DNA of 33,191 nucleotides from Nanobdellota archaeon. Its GTDB lineage: Archaea > Nanobdellota > Nanobdellia > Woesearchaeales > JAHWHD01. The notes under the pieces were generated by a model that ran no database searches, had not been told where the DNA came from, and saw nothing but the letters and a program-made list of their open reading frames with translations. The translations under genes were made by a program, and so were the position numbers. This document shows positions 17,957-26,332 of the stretch, in pieces. How positions within the stretch are numbered: the first letter of the stretch is position 1; every line of letters starts with the position of its first letter. Location: the NCBI GenBank assembly GCA_034722435.1, contig JAYENX010000041.1, forward strand, positions 1 to 33,191, in the 5' to 3' direction.

Positions 17957-18421
17957 ATGTTGGCAAAGACACATTTGGCCTTTGGATTTTTATTTGGATT
18001 AGTTTTAATGCCTTTTTTGAGTGTAGGGAATAAGTATATTTATTTTGTAATTGTGTTGATTGCTTCTTTATTACCTGACATTGATTCTCCTACAAGTAAA
18101 GCGAGTAGAAAGTTAGGTTTTGTTGGTAAATTTACAAGGATATTTACAAAACATAGAGGGATTTTTCATTCTGTTTGGATTCCCTTTGTTTTATCGGCAG
18201 GATTGTGGTATTTAGTTGGAACGAATTATGCTGTAGCTTTTTTTGTTGGTTATGGTTCTCATTTGTTTATTGATGGATTTACAAAGGCAGGTATTAATTT
18301 TTTACATCCTTTTTCTACTTTAAGATTGCAAGGGTTTGTTGAAACTGGAAGTGTAGTAGAAACGTTTGTTTTTACATTGTTCATTATTTTGATTGTTGTG
18401 AAGTTAGTTCCTTGGTTTTAA
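17957..18421 (+). CDS. YdjM-like membrane-bound metal-dependent hydrolase
   Basis: Motifs THLAFG, LPDID, HRGIFHS and GYGSHLFID within TM helices. Confidence 0.85.
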   Translation: MLAKTHLAFGFLFGLVLMPFLSVGNKYIYFVIVLIASLLPDIDSPTSKASRKLGFVGKFTRIFTKHRGIFHSVWIPFVLSAGLWYLVGTNYAVAFFVGYGSHLFIDGFTKAGINFLHPFSTLRLQGFVETGSVVETFVFTLFIILIVVKLVPWF

Positions 18422-18438
18422 TTGTATAATTTGGGCCT

Positions 18439-18533
18439 CACTGGACAGGTAGCACTGGACAGTTGAATTCTTATATCTTAAGCTTTGTATGTTGCGAATT
18501 CTTTAGATTCATGTAGCCACTGGACACTGGACA
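18439..18533 (+). repeat. Four direct copies of CACTGGACA
   Basis: Exact 9-mer at 18439, 18453, 18518 and 18525 (the last two overlap by 2 nt) in an otherwise AT-rich spacer. Confidence 0.9.
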
Positions 18534-18688
18534 ACTGTGCGTGTGAGGTATTTAAACGATTTCTGACTATATATTGATTAGGTTTTGAAAGAAACCGACA
18601 CTCCCTGCCTGGAACCAATGTTTAGATGTTGTAGTTCATAATTAAGGGCGGTTGAAATAAAACGCGAAAGCAATTGGAGGTGTTCGAT

Positions 18689-18967
18689 ATGGCGAGTGAA
18701 GCTATATTACCTGAAATGAAATTTAGCACTGGGGCTATACAAGTAACAGTGTGGAAAAATGAGGGTCAGTTAAAAACTGGCGAAAAAACTGAGTACAGAA
18801 CTGTATCTTTTGGTCGAAGGTACAAAGATAAAAATGGTGAGTGGAAGTCAACTAATTCTTTACGGGTTAATGATTTGCCCAGAGCAGTAGTTCTACTCAA
18901 TAAAGCTTTTGAGCACCTGGTTCTTCGGAACCAGGATGTTATACAGGAGGAAAATATAGTTTTATAA
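18689..18967 (+). CDS. Small conserved-looking protein, putative PC4/Whirly-like ssDNA-binding fold
   Basis: Start revised from TTG 18674 to ATG 18689 because GGAGGTG lies at 18676-18682. Beta-rich aromatic/basic segments (VTVWKN, YRTVSFGRRYKDKNGEWK) are followed by a C-terminal helix. The fold assignment is inference. Confidence 0.55.
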   Translation: MASEAILPEMKFSTGAIQVTVWKNEGQLKTGEKTEYRTVSFGRRYKDKNGEWKSTNSLRVNDLPRAVVLLNKAFEHLVLRNQDVIQEENIVL

Positions 18968-19042
18968 CTCTAACTTTTTGATGTTTAGTTATAATGTACT
19001 ATAGATTGAAATACAAAAATATTAATAAACGAGGTGAATATT

Positions 19043-20191
19043 ATGGTAAGTAAAGCAAAATCTTATGATGAATTTGAATTAAAGGGTGATGATAACGTGG
19101 AATTTAATGATGAGTCTAATTTTAATCAAGATGAAATTTCAAAGGTGACTGATGCTGTTGATGTTAGTAATTCTGCAGTGGATGAAAAAAAGGTTGAAAT
19201 TAAAAAAGAGGATGTAGAAGAAAAAAGTAAAGAGATTAAGAAAGAATCTAAGAAAAAAGTGAAGGAGTTAGGTGTGATGGATTTGCCTGGTGTAGGCGCG
19301 GCAACTGCTGAAAAATTAAGTGGTGCAGGTTATACTGATTTATTATCTATTGCGGTTTCAAGTCCTGGTGAATTAGTTGATGCGGCTGGTGTTTCTGAAT
19401 CAGTAGCCAGGAAAATGATTCAAGCATCGAGAGATTCTTTAGAGATGGGTTTTGAATCTGGAGATGTTCTTTTAAAGAAACGTGAAAATATTTTAAAAAT
19501 TTCGACTGGATCAAAAGCTTTTAATGATTTGATGGGTGGTGGTTTTGAGAGTGGTGCTATTACTGAAGCATTTGGTGAATTTGGATCTGGAAAGACTCAG
19601 ATTGGGCATATACTTGCTACACATATGCAAAATGTGGCTGATGATGCTGTTGCTGTTTACATAGACACTGAAAATACTTTTAGGCCTGAAAGGATAATAC
19701 AGTTAGCTGAAGGTGCAGGTTTGGATCCTGATAAAGCTTTGAAGCAGATTAAGGTTGCAAGAGCTTATAATTCCGATCATCAAATGTTATTAGCTGAGAA
19801 AGTAGGAGATTTGATAAGGGATGGTTTGAATGTTAGATTGCTTATTGTTGATTCCTTGACGGCACATTTTAGAGCAGAGTTTGTTGGGAGAGGTACATTA
19901 GCAATTAGGCAACAGAAGCTTAATAAGCATATGCATGTATTGCTTAAAGTTGCTGATAAGCATAATATTGTTGTGTTTGTAACAAATCAAGTATCAAGTG
20001 ATCCTGCTGCTTTTTTTGGAGATCCGACAAAACCTATTGGTGGAAATATAGTTGCTCATGCTTCAACTTTTAGGATTTATTTACGGAAAGGTAAGAAAGG
20101 AAGTAGGGTTGCAAAGTTGATTGATGCGCCTAATCTTGCAGATGGAGAAGCAAATTTCTTTGTTGAAACTGGCGGTTTGAGAGACGTATAA
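19043..20191 (+). CDS. radA: DNA repair and recombination protein RadA
   Basis: HhH motif DLPGVGAATAEKL, Walker A GEFGSGKT, YIDTENTFRPER, Walker B LLIVDS, and VTNQV. Start revised to ATG 19043 (SD GAGGTG at 19031-19036). Confidence 0.97.
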   Translation: MVSKAKSYDEFELKGDDNVEFNDESNFNQDEISKVTDAVDVSNSAVDEKKVEIKKEDVEEKSKEIKKESKKKVKELGVMDLPGVGAATAEKLSGAGYTDLLSIAVSSPGELVDAAGVSESVARKMIQASRDSLEMGFESGDVLLKKRENILKISTGSKAFNDLMGGGFESGAITEAFGEFGSGKTQIGHILATHMQNVADDAVAVYIDTENTFRPERIIQLAEGAGLDPDKALKQIKVARAYNSDHQMLLAEKVGDLIRDGLNVRLLIVDSLTAHFRAEFVGRGTLAIRQQKLNKHMHVLLKVADKHNIVVFVTNQVSSDPAAFFGDPTKPIGGNIVAHASTFRIYLRKGKKGSRVAKLIDAPNLADGEANFFVETGGLRDV

Positions 20192-20193
20192 TT

Positions 20194-20221
20194 ATTTTCT
20201 TTTTTATTTTCTATTATTTTC
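20194..20221 (+). terminator. Putative archaeal oligo-T terminator after radA
   Basis: T-rich tract TTATTTTCTTTTTTATTTTCTATTATTTTT directly after the stop. Confidence 0.45.
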
Positions 20222-20305
20222 ATAAAATTTATATACTCTTTTCTTATTGCGTATTTTGTTACAGCATTGCTGTAGATTTTAATTAGTTGGAAGGTGGAAT
20301 AAAAT

Positions 20306-20629
20306 ATGTATGATGAATATCAAAGAACGGTACCTCCTGTAAGAGAGGGAGAAGAAGTTGATGTGAAAATAGACGCTGTTGGAGAAAAAGGTGATGGGAT
20401 TGCAAAGGTTAGAAATTTTGTGGTTTTTGTACCTAATACTAAACAAGGCGATACGGTAAGGATTAAGATAACAAAGGTTCTAAAACGAGTAGGTTTTGGA
20501 GAGGTTATTGGACAGGCAAAAAGTAAACCTAAATCAGGAGCGCCTGTTAGAAAGGAAAGAGCTCCAGAACCAGTTTATGTTCCGGATCCTGAAGATTCTG
20601 AGGATTTTGGTGAAGATTTGGAGCAATAA
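20306..20629 (+). CDS. Single TRAM-domain protein (archaeal RNA chaperone type) with acidic tail
   Basis: PPVREGEEVDVKIDAVGEKGDGIAKVRNFVVFVPNTKQGDTVRIKITKV. Confidence 0.92.
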   Translation: MYDEYQRTVPPVREGEEVDVKIDAVGEKGDGIAKVRNFVVFVPNTKQGDTVRIKITKVLKRVGFGEVIGQAKSKPKSGAPVRKERAPEPVYVPDPEDSEDFGEDLEQ

Positions 20630-20795
20630 TTGTAATAATTTATGTATTTCATTTTTTTCTTTTTAAAAATGATTTTTTGTATAAGAAAATCTTAAAATGG
20701 AGCTATGCGGGAAGTTATAATGAAGATTATATTGTTTTAAGAAAAGAAAGATATAAAAAGTTGAATTAGAGGTTTTTATGGTTTTGATTTTTTCT

Positions 20796-21638
20796 CTACC
20801 GGTAATAGTCTTTGAAGGGATATAATTTTGGATGCCTTGTTACTCCGATCCGTGTTTCAATAGTAGAAATAGATTTATCCTTTAAATCTTCAGTTTCTAC
20901 TTTAGTTATTGATAATTTTTCTAGGCCTATGTAGTCTTTATTATCCTCTAAGTAGAATGTTACTGTTTTTTCGTTTAAACAGGGTCTTAGTTCAGAGTTA
21001 AATAGTGCTTCTTCTATATCTGTTCGAGCCGGAGATTGTAGTTTAGGTAGAGGTATTCCTGTAATTCTGTATACGAATTCACCGTTTTCTTTGTATTGTC
21101 TAATTACATATGTCATTTTTTGACTACTTTTTAATTCGTTAAATGTTTTTTCGAATATTGGTGTTAGTTTATCATTTTTTGAGTGAGCGATTTCTATTGT
21201 AACTGGATTATTTCCTGAGTTTTTCTTCTTCATTTGTAATATGAACGTTCCAGATTCAATTTGGTTTTTTGATGAAAGTGATGGACTTATAAATGTTTCA
21301 GAATGTTCCACAGGATAATTTTTTGCAGTTTCAGTTTTTAAAAATTCAAATTTATTTTGTGTATAATCGATGCCTTTTACTTTTCGAACATTGGAACCTT
21401 TTATTACAGTAGTTCCTGTTCTGCTGTCACTATATTCTCCATGAGACTTTCTTATTAGGTCGGCTGCTGTTGCTGGTTTTATGTTATGCCGTTTTTTAAA
21501 TTTTGCCCAATCTATAGCATGTGCTGTGCTAGGGAAAAGTGCAGTTGCTAAGCCCGCAATGGTTAGTGCGCCTGCTAGAAGTTTTTTTCTAAAAGAAGGT
21601 GTTCGTTCAGTTTTTTCTATATTATCTTCTAAGCTCAT
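20796..21638 (-). CDS. Secreted protein of unknown function (orphan 3)
   Basis: Signal MSLEDNIEKTERTPSFRKKLLAGALTIAGLATALFPSTAHA|I; minus-strand TTTATATA at 21664-21671, about 26 nt upstream of the ATG. Confidence 0.7.
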   Translation of the reverse strand: MSLEDNIEKTERTPSFRKKLLAGALTIAGLATALFPSTAHAIDWAKFKKRHNIKPATAADLIRKSHGEYSDSRTGTTVIKGSNVRKVKGIDYTQNKFEFLKTETAKNYPVEHSETFISPSLSSKNQIESGTFILQMKKKNSGNNPVTIEIAHSKNDKLTPIFEKTFNELKSSQKMTYVIRQYKENGEFVYRITGIPLPKLQSPARTDIEEALFNSELRPCLNEKTVTFYLEDNKDYIGLEKLSITKVETEDLKDKSISTIETRIGVTRHPKLYPFKDYYR

Positions 21639-21739
21639 TCTAATGTTAGTATGATGTGGGAGCTATATAAAGGTAGTTGATGATGGGTTTGAAAAGTTGT
21701 TAGGTGATGTGAAGTTTTAGATGGATTTGTTTTAGAGAT

Positions 21740-21792
<53 letters not shown>

Positions 21793-21971
21793 TATTGTTA
21801 TACCTTAACTGTTATTTCTTATTAGTTAACTTTATATATTACCTTTATGATTTTGAGTATATAGCCTAATCTTTTAGAGTCTTTCTAAGAGGTCTGTGAT
21901 GGGCAATAAAAATCGCAGTGATAATTCATATTCTGATTGTTACTGACTAAATGCAAATGGTGAGATAAAAC

Positions 21972-22571
21972 ATGGCTGAGAATCAATTTTTAGTAGCGCA
22001 AGATTTGTATCTTAAATCTGGAATACATATAGGTACAAAATTTAGAACAAAGTATATGGCGGATTTTATATATAAGACGAGATCTGATGGTTTATCTGTA
22101 TTAAATCTACAGAAAATAGATGAAAGATTAAGAATAGCTGCTTCAATGTTGAACAGGTATAAACCCGAAGAGATTATCGTGGTTAGTAGAAGAGAGAATG
22201 GTTGGAAACCTGTTAAACTTTTTAGTAAATTGACCGGTATAAAGGTTTTTGCAGGAAGGTATCCTCCTGGTGTTTTAACAAATCCTGGTCTTAAGAATTA
22301 TATTGAGAAGAAAGTTATGGTGGTAACTGATTCGTGGCCTGATAGAAATGCAATAAAAGATGCGCTTAAAGTAGGTATTCCTGTGATTGCTTTGTGCGAT
22401 ACAAATAATCAAAGTAATAATTTGGATTTAGTTGTACCTTGTAATAATAAAGGTAGAAAATCTTTAGGTTTGGTTTTCTTTATACTTGCAAAAGAGTATT
22501 TGAAAGCTAATGGTATAATTAGTAAAGATTCAGAAATGGAAGCTAAGCTTGAAGATTTTGTAGAGGATTAA
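21972..22571 (+). CDS. rps2: 30S ribosomal protein S2 (uS2), archaeal type
   Basis: YLKSGIHIGTK, YKTRSDGLSVLNL, GRYPPGVLTNP, IALCDTNN, PCNNKGRKSL. Confidence 0.97.
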   Translation: MAENQFLVAQDLYLKSGIHIGTKFRTKYMADFIYKTRSDGLSVLNLQKIDERLRIAASMLNRYKPEEIIVVSRRENGWKPVKLFSKLTGIKVFAGRYPPGVLTNPGLKNYIEKKVMVVTDSWPDRNAIKDALKVGIPVIALCDTNNQSNNLDLVVPCNNKGRKSLGLVFFILAKEYLKANGIISKDSEMEAKLEDFVED

Positions 22572-22573
22572 AT

Positions 22574-22620
22574 TCCTTTTTTTATATTTCTTTTTTGTTT
22601 ATTTTTTTGTTATGTTTTCT
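22574..22620. terminator. T-rich terminator region between convergent rps2 and radB
   Basis: Several T runs of 6-8 nt after the rps2 stop. Confidence 0.4.
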
Positions 22621-22664
22621 AAATAATTTAACTTTATAATATCTTTTTAATTGTTTTAATAATT

Positions 22665-23348
22665 TTAATATTTTTTTAATTCTATATCAATAATACCTTT
22701 ATTGACAATTTGAAATGTTGCTTGTTTTTCTTCAGGTATACTTCTGTGTTTTCTTAGAATTAGTTTACGATGATTTTCTGGAGTTATTTGTAATTCTATG
22801 AGACATTTACTTGCATATTTTAGTAAATCACCGCCTACCATACAAACTTTATTTTTATTTTCAAAGCTTGAGTATACTTGGTTTGATATAAGTACTGGAA
22901 TGTTTTTTTTTCTAGCGGTTTCATTAAGAAGAGCAAGTTGTTTTCCTAGTTCTCTGTTAGTGTCATAAACATCTTCTGAGCTTCCTAGTTCTAGTCTGTA
23001 AAGCATAGCAATAGTGTCAATTACGATTAATCCTATTTTTTCGTTAATGAGTTCTTTTATTTCTTTAAAATATTTTTTTTGTTCTTCAAAAGAAGTAGGT
23101 CTAAAAAATAGAAAGTTTTCAAGAAGCTTTTCATTTGAAATTTGTTTGAATCTTGTAACTGAGAAACCACCCTCGGTGTCCATATAAATTACTTTTTTAC
23201 CTTGTTCAGCTATATGTTTAGCAGCTAGGAGACATAAGCAAGTTTTACCTGATCCTGCTGGACCATATATAGTAGTGATTATATCGTTTTCATAACCTCC
23301 CTCGAGAACGTTGTCCAGTAATTCACCACCTGTAAGAATCTTTTTCAT
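22665..23348 (-). CDS. radB: DNA repair protein RadB (RadA paralogue)
   Basis: Core-only RecA fold of 227 aa; Walker A GPAGSGKT; YMDTEGGFS; LIVIDT; RadB-characteristic KHR motif (LRKHRS). Confidence 0.93.
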   Translation of the reverse strand: MKKILTGGELLDNVLEGGYENDIITTIYGPAGSGKTCLCLLAAKHIAEQGKKVIYMDTEGGFSVTRFKQISNEKLLENFLFFRPTSFEEQKKYFKEIKELINEKIGLIVIDTIAMLYRLELGSSEDVYDTNRELGKQLALLNETARKKNIPVLISNQVYSSFENKNKVCMVGGDLLKYASKCLIELQITPENHRKLILRKHRSIPEEKQATFQIVNKGIIDIELKKY

Positions 23349-23423
23349 TTATATACTATTTAATAACTGTTTTTATAAAACTTACTAAATGTATTTAAAT
23401 ACTTCTTGGTAGTTTAATGTTGC

Positions 23424-24923
23424 ATGGTAAAGGATCGAACAAATATTTATTTGGTAATCATATTTATGTTGGTTTTAGGTGTAAGACTTCTTTTAGTTTT
23501 TCAGGTTTCTGGATTTAGTGATGATATTGCTTATTTTAATTTAAGACAGATAGGCAGTATTGCTAATAATGGTTTTCCTACGTATCAAGATGGGTTAAGT
23601 TATGGCGGAAGATTTTTAGTATTTATGCCGGTGTTCCATTATGTGTGTGCATTCTTTGATATTTTTATGTCAAATGAATTAGTAGGTAAATTAATTCCTA
23701 ATATTTTTGCAACATTGTTAGTGTTTGTGGTTTTTTACTTAACTAAAGAGTTAACTAAAGATAATAATGCTTCGCTCTTAAGTGCTTTTGTATCGGGTTT
23801 TATTCCTATTTTTTTTACAGAAACATTAAATAAAGTTTCTGTTTATTCTTTAGCTGTTCCTGTAATTTTTCTTTCAATCTTTTTTATAATGAAAATTAAC
23901 AAAGATAAAAAGTTTATACTTCCATTTGTCATTACAATTTTGTTTATGTCATTTATACATGCATCAGCTTTTATAGTTATTATGGGTTTAGTATTTTATG
24001 TTTTAATTTTGAAAATTCAAAAGATTAAACTTACTAAGTATATTTTAGAATTGATTCTTTTTTCAACTTTTTTTATAATTTGGTTAGAGTTTCTTTTGTT
24101 TAAGAAAGCTTTTTTAAAGCACGGTTTTCTTTTATTGTGGCAAAATATTCCTTTAGAGGTTGTGAATCGTTATTTTGCTTCAATACCTTTATTTGATGCA
24201 TTAGTATATATTGGATTTGTACCTTTCTTGTTTGGATTATATGCAGCATATAAGTATTCTTTTAAAACAAGAGATGTGAATGTACATCTTTTAATGGCAT
24301 TTGGTTTGAGTGTTTTTTTTATACTTTGGTTAAAGTTAATAGCTTTAGAGTTTGGTTTGATATTTTTGGGTGTTTTGTTGACAATTGGTTTTGGAAGGTC
24401 TTTTAGTTTGTTAACAGCTTATATTAAAAGAACTAAGTTTGTTTTTGTTATAAAATATGTGACTATTACTGTAATAGTTTTAGTGATTTTGACATCAATA
24501 ATTCCTAGTTATACGGGTGCAAAACAAAGTTTAGAACAAGTTCCTTCAGTTGCAGAGGTTTCAGCACTTACTTGGCTAATAGATAATGAAAAGGGAATAG
24601 TTCTTTCAACTTTAAATGAAGGTCATCTTATTTCAGGGATTGCGAAGAAGCAGAATTTTATGGATTCTAATTTTTTATTTATAAATGATATAGATCAAAA
24701 ATATGACGATTTAAGAATTATGTATACTTCGTTATATACAACGAATGTTGTACAGTTGTTCAATAAATATGGCGTGAAATATATTTATTTTTCTGATAAT
24801 GCTAGAAAAAAATATGGGATTGAAAATTTGGCCTATCTATCAGATAATTGTTTTGAAAAAGTTTATGATGAACAAGGTGTTGAAATATATAAATCGCTAT
24901 GTAAGTTGGAGGAAGAATCATGA
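23424..24923 (+). CDS. GT-C fold multipass membrane protein, degenerate AglB/STT3-like (copy 1)
   Basis: About 11-13 hydrophobic segments; DDIAYFNLRQ near the N-terminus; soluble C-terminal domain WLIDNEKGIVLSTLNEGHLI...NKYGVKYIY...FEKVYD. Confidence 0.65.
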   Translation: MVKDRTNIYLVIIFMLVLGVRLLLVFQVSGFSDDIAYFNLRQIGSIANNGFPTYQDGLSYGGRFLVFMPVFHYVCAFFDIFMSNELVGKLIPNIFATLLVFVVFYLTKELTKDNNASLLSAFVSGFIPIFFTETLNKVSVYSLAVPVIFLSIFFIMKINKDKKFILPFVITILFMSFIHASAFIVIMGLVFYVLILKIQKIKLTKYILELILFSTFFIIWLEFLLFKKAFLKHGFLLLWQNIPLEVVNRYFASIPLFDALVYIGFVPFLFGLYAAYKYSFKTRDVNVHLLMAFGLSVFFILWLKLIALEFGLIFLGVLLTIGFGRSFSLLTAYIKRTKFVFVIKYVTITVIVLVILTSIIPSYTGAKQSLEQVPSVAEVSALTWLIDNEKGIVLSTLNEGHLISGIAKKQNFMDSNFLFINDIDQKYDDLRIMYTSLYTTNVVQLFNKYGVKYIYFSDNARKKYGIENLAYLSDNCFEKVYDEQGVEIYKSLCKLEEES

Positions 24924-26308
24924 AGTTAACAGAAACGAAACTTTTTATTTATACTCTAATAGCTTTTTTTGTAGTTGTTTTAATATTTACAAGTGTAAGG
25001 GCATATAATTTTGATTCAATACCTGCAGGAGATATTTCTTATTTTCATGCAAGAATGTCTAAAATAGTGGACAGGCCTGCTCTTGAAAATGATGCGTTGA
25101 TGGGGAGGGAATATACGTTTCAACCTTATCATTTGTTGTTGCATTATTCTGGAATGGATGCTTTGAAAATTTCAAATATAATTCCTGTAGTTTTAGGTTT
25201 TTTTTCCCTTTTATTATTCATATTGCTTCTTAAAAAGTTAGGTTTGGATGTTCAAAAGAGATTGTTGTTGGCTTTAATATTGATAATCTCTCCCGCATTT
25301 ATTTATATGACTACAGTTTCAAATCCGCATGTATTTGCATTATTTCTTGGTTTGTTAGGTTTTTATCTTTATTTTACAAAGAATGTTGTATCTAAAGTAT
25401 TCGCTGTGTTATTGTTTTTGATATTGCCTCTTTTTGGAATTATTGAAACTGTGATGCTTATTGTTTTATTATTAGGTTTTTATTTTGTTAAGAAAAATAA
25501 ACGTATATTATTTTTGGTTGTTATATTGGTTTTGATTTATATGTTTAATTTTAATTTTGGTATACAACTTATTATGCAAGAGAATGCCATTCAGTCTTCT
25601 ATAACTGATTTAGGTGGAATGATTGGGTTTGGGGTTTTTAATGTTTTATTAGCAATCATTGGCTTTTTACTTACGTGGAATTTTAAGAGACAACATTATA
25701 CTTTGTATCTTATAATCTTGATTTTGTTTTTAAGTGTGAAGTTTTTAGGAACAATGACAAATGTTTATTTAAACTTTATATTTGCATATCTTGCTTGTTT
25801 GGCGTTTTCAAAGTTGCTTAATAGAAGATGGGATTCTGATATAATTAAGTACTTAACAATTTTTGTATTAATATCTGGTCTTCTATTTTCTGGACTTTCT
25901 TATCTTGATAGGGTTGCAAATGCAGGTCCTAATAAAGAGTTAGTTGATGGGTTACTTTGGTTGAGAAATAATTCTAATACTGAAGATATAGTTTTATCTC
26001 ATTATTCGCGAGGGTTTTGGATTGAGTATTATTCGGATCGGACAGTTGTCGCGGATAGTTATACCATTAATATTGATGCGTTAAATCATTCTGATGTAAT
26101 ATTTTGGTCTCGAAATTTAGAAACCACAAAGAAATATCTTACTAAGTATGGGATTGATTATATATTCATAGATTCGGATATGAAACAAGGTTTAGTGTGG
26201 AGTAAAGAAGAACAAGGTCTTTTGTTTTTATTTAAAAATAAAGAAACTTTTGAAAAAGTGTATGACCTCGGAGGGGTAGAGATTTGGAAGGCGAAAACTT
26301 TAAATTAG
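24920..26308 (+). CDS. GT-C fold multipass membrane protein, degenerate AglB/STT3-like (copy 2)
   Basis: GDISYFHARM; C-terminal WLRNNSNTEDIVLSHYSRGFWIEYYSDRTVVAD...KYGIDYIF...FEKVYD; ATGA coupled to copy 1. Confidence 0.7.
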   Translation: MKLTETKLFIYTLIAFFVVVLIFTSVRAYNFDSIPAGDISYFHARMSKIVDRPALENDALMGREYTFQPYHLLLHYSGMDALKISNIIPVVLGFFSLLLFILLLKKLGLDVQKRLLLALILIISPAFIYMTTVSNPHVFALFLGLLGFYLYFTKNVVSKVFAVLLFLILPLFGIIETVMLIVLLLGFYFVKKNKRILFLVVILVLIYMFNFNFGIQLIMQENAIQSSITDLGGMIGFGVFNVLLAIIGFLLTWNFKRQHYTLYLIILILFLSVKFLGTMTNVYLNFIFAYLACLAFSKLLNRRWDSDIIKYLTIFVLISGLLFSGLSYLDRVANAGPNKELVDGLLWLRNNSNTEDIVLSHYSRGFWIEYYSDRTVVADSYTINIDALNHSDVIFWSRNLETTKKYLTKYGIDYIFIDSDMKQGLVWSKEEQGLLFLFKNKETFEKVYDLGGVEIWKAKTLN

Positions 26309-26332
26309 GCGTCTTTATCTTTATATATCAAC

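Noticed and set aside
18439-18533. CACTGGACA array as a CRISPR or mini-CRISPR
   Set aside because: The repeats are only 9 bp, the spacing is irregular (7, 14 and 65 nt), and no cas genes are present. Kept as a regulatory-repeat finding.
20747-20825. TATA-like GATATAAAA plus GAGG and a 15-codon ORF (MVLIFSLPVIVFEGI) antisense to the end of orphan 3
   Set aside because: Too short, and such motifs are common by chance in AT-rich DNA. There is no supporting evidence, though an antisense transcript cannot be excluded.
7513-21638. Lys/Asn/Gln-rich composition of the three orphans as evidence of foreign origin or cationic toxin function
   Set aside because: The plus strand is visibly T/G-rich throughout, so minus-strand genes, including housekeeping radB, mbf1 and the TraB-family gene, are also K-rich. 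Strand bias can explain much of it.
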